This document shows positions 62,297-64,000 of a stretch of 64,000 bases of DNA, piece by piece. Source of the DNA: Eledone cirrhosa (Eukaryota); NCBI GenBank assembly GCA_964016885.1, contig OZ024745.1, positions 122,016,001-122,080,000 on the forward strand. The letters are read 5' to 3'. A model generated the notes under the pieces. It made no database searches. It was not told the DNA's origin and saw nothing but the letters and a program-made list of their open reading frames with translations. Positions within the stretch are counted from its first letter, which is position 1. Every line of letters starts with the position of its first letter. Position numbers and translations under genes: made by a program.

Positions 62297-64000
62297 CTCT
62301 CTTGCTATGTTATAATTTGGTAATTTATTGCTGAGACGCCATTACTTACCTTGATGCCAATGGTAATGTATAGTGTGATTGTATCATAACTACTTGACAA
62401 TATGAGGCTAGGATGATGGGATCTTAGGGCCTGCAATATGCATTGGAAGTGTTGATATTCACTGTGTCTTGCAATTTGCATAGTTTTATGTTGATAGCCA
62501 TGTTGTTTTTCAACTGTTGAGATGAGAGATTTCCTGTCTAGAGTTTCTTTCATTCATTCATTCCACACAAAGCCACTATGATGGATGGGGTTGCCAGTGA
62601 TAGCCAATGCCTCTCCCTTCCCCAATGAATTACTTTTCTTTGGTTGTACTGACCCACTGGTAGGCAGGGATGTTTCTATTTTTCCTCACAATCTGCTCAT
62701 CAGCAACTTAACAGATTTGGTTCATCATCATAATCATCACCATCATCACCGTTTTACATCCATTCTTCCACACCAGCATGGGTAAGATAAGTTGTCCTGC
62801 TGTGGGCAATGCTAGGTCAGGTGACCATGTCTTGCTCATACAGAACTGATTCTGGCTTAGTTTCTACAGCTCGATACCCTTCTTAATGCTAACCTCATTT
62901 ACAGTGAGTACTGGGTGACTTTTTAATGTTTGAAAATTAACAGTATTTGGGTGACTATCTACTTTTATCAAACATAATATAGGGGGTGCCCCAACAACCC
63001 CTCTCTTCTAATCAGAACAATATTTACTACTTCTCTTCCTGTGTGCCATCTACCATCTTACACAGCCCAAAACTGAGCAGGGTTGTTCTCAACTTGATCA
63101 TCTATCATACTAGAATGAGATGACCCCGACAGGCACCAACCTATAGGTTTTGTTTGTCTTTCACTGACCTAATATAAGAGTCCAACAGTTCTTAATGTTA
63201 GACAATGACCTATAACTACTAATTATTGTGATATCACTTCTATTTTGAATCTAACTGCCAAGTTTGTTTGTCTTTCACTGACCTAATGTAGGAATCCTAT
63301 AGTTGTTGAGGTTAAACAATGACCTGTCACTACTGATTATTGTGATGTCACTTCCACTAGGAATTTAATTGCCGACATGTGTCAACTCTGGTCACAAACC
63401 TCACGTAAATGATTAGGACATATCTTCAAAAGCAAATTTGAATGCAATAGAAGATGAAACCCTAAGGCAATGGGGGCTTACCATAAAAGAAAGCCCTGTT
63501 ATATCTCTAACCATGGTATCATATACACAAAATCAAGAGCAACAACTTTGACAAAATAGGTCTTTCATTATGGGCCAAATCATTGCAGGCATGAAATGAT
63601 GGTCAACCTCTGGTCCCAGCTGCCTACATAGAAGCACCAGAAAGTTGGAGGGAGGGGGGAGGGAAAAACTGCCTGAAAGGACAGGCTTTAGAATCAGGGC
63701 CACAACCCTAAATTAACGCCACTGTACCCCAAAGCAGCAATGACTCCCTCACTACTTCTTGGAGGTCAACTATATTAGAGACATACAAACTAAGAAGGTG
63801 TGCTGTTTGGTGTATATATTTGAGTTAAAGGCAGGCAAAGATTCGATGAATGCCTGATATGGAAGCAAAATAGAGAAATATTTAATAATAATAATAAAAA
63901 AAATCATAATAGTTGAAAAAAGAATTAGGTGTGTGTGTAAAAGTATTCAAAATATATCCTGTCTGGCTTATTGTATGGTAACATTTCATAAGAATTTATC

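Overview
AT-rich, repeat-dominated animal DNA. The SINE families and the kilobase (TA/TG) arrays suggest a coleoid cephalopod, probably an octopus (inference). The window looks like mostly intron of a + strand host gene, with candidate exons at 2686-2760, 21660-21809 (ATG at 21680) and 57222-57265. The only long real ORF is an intact RTE-clade LINE (32748-36293; APE endonuclease, RT, three C-terminal C2H2 zinc fingers). About 4.3 kb upstream lies a ~610 bp non-coding element (27456-28064) sharing part of that LINE's 5' UTR and its 3' stem-loop/(TGTA)n end, with a candidate HDV-like ribozyme fold at its 5' end. The window also holds several minimal type I hammerhead motifs (three in loops of long inverted repeats), a Penelope-like RT fragment, two decayed RTE LINEs with 5' inversions, a mariner remnant, MITEs, many tRNA-derived SINEs, two minisatellites and ~16 kb of strand-polarised microsatellite. 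Most ORFs in the track are simple-repeat artefacts. All alignments and folds were done by eye.
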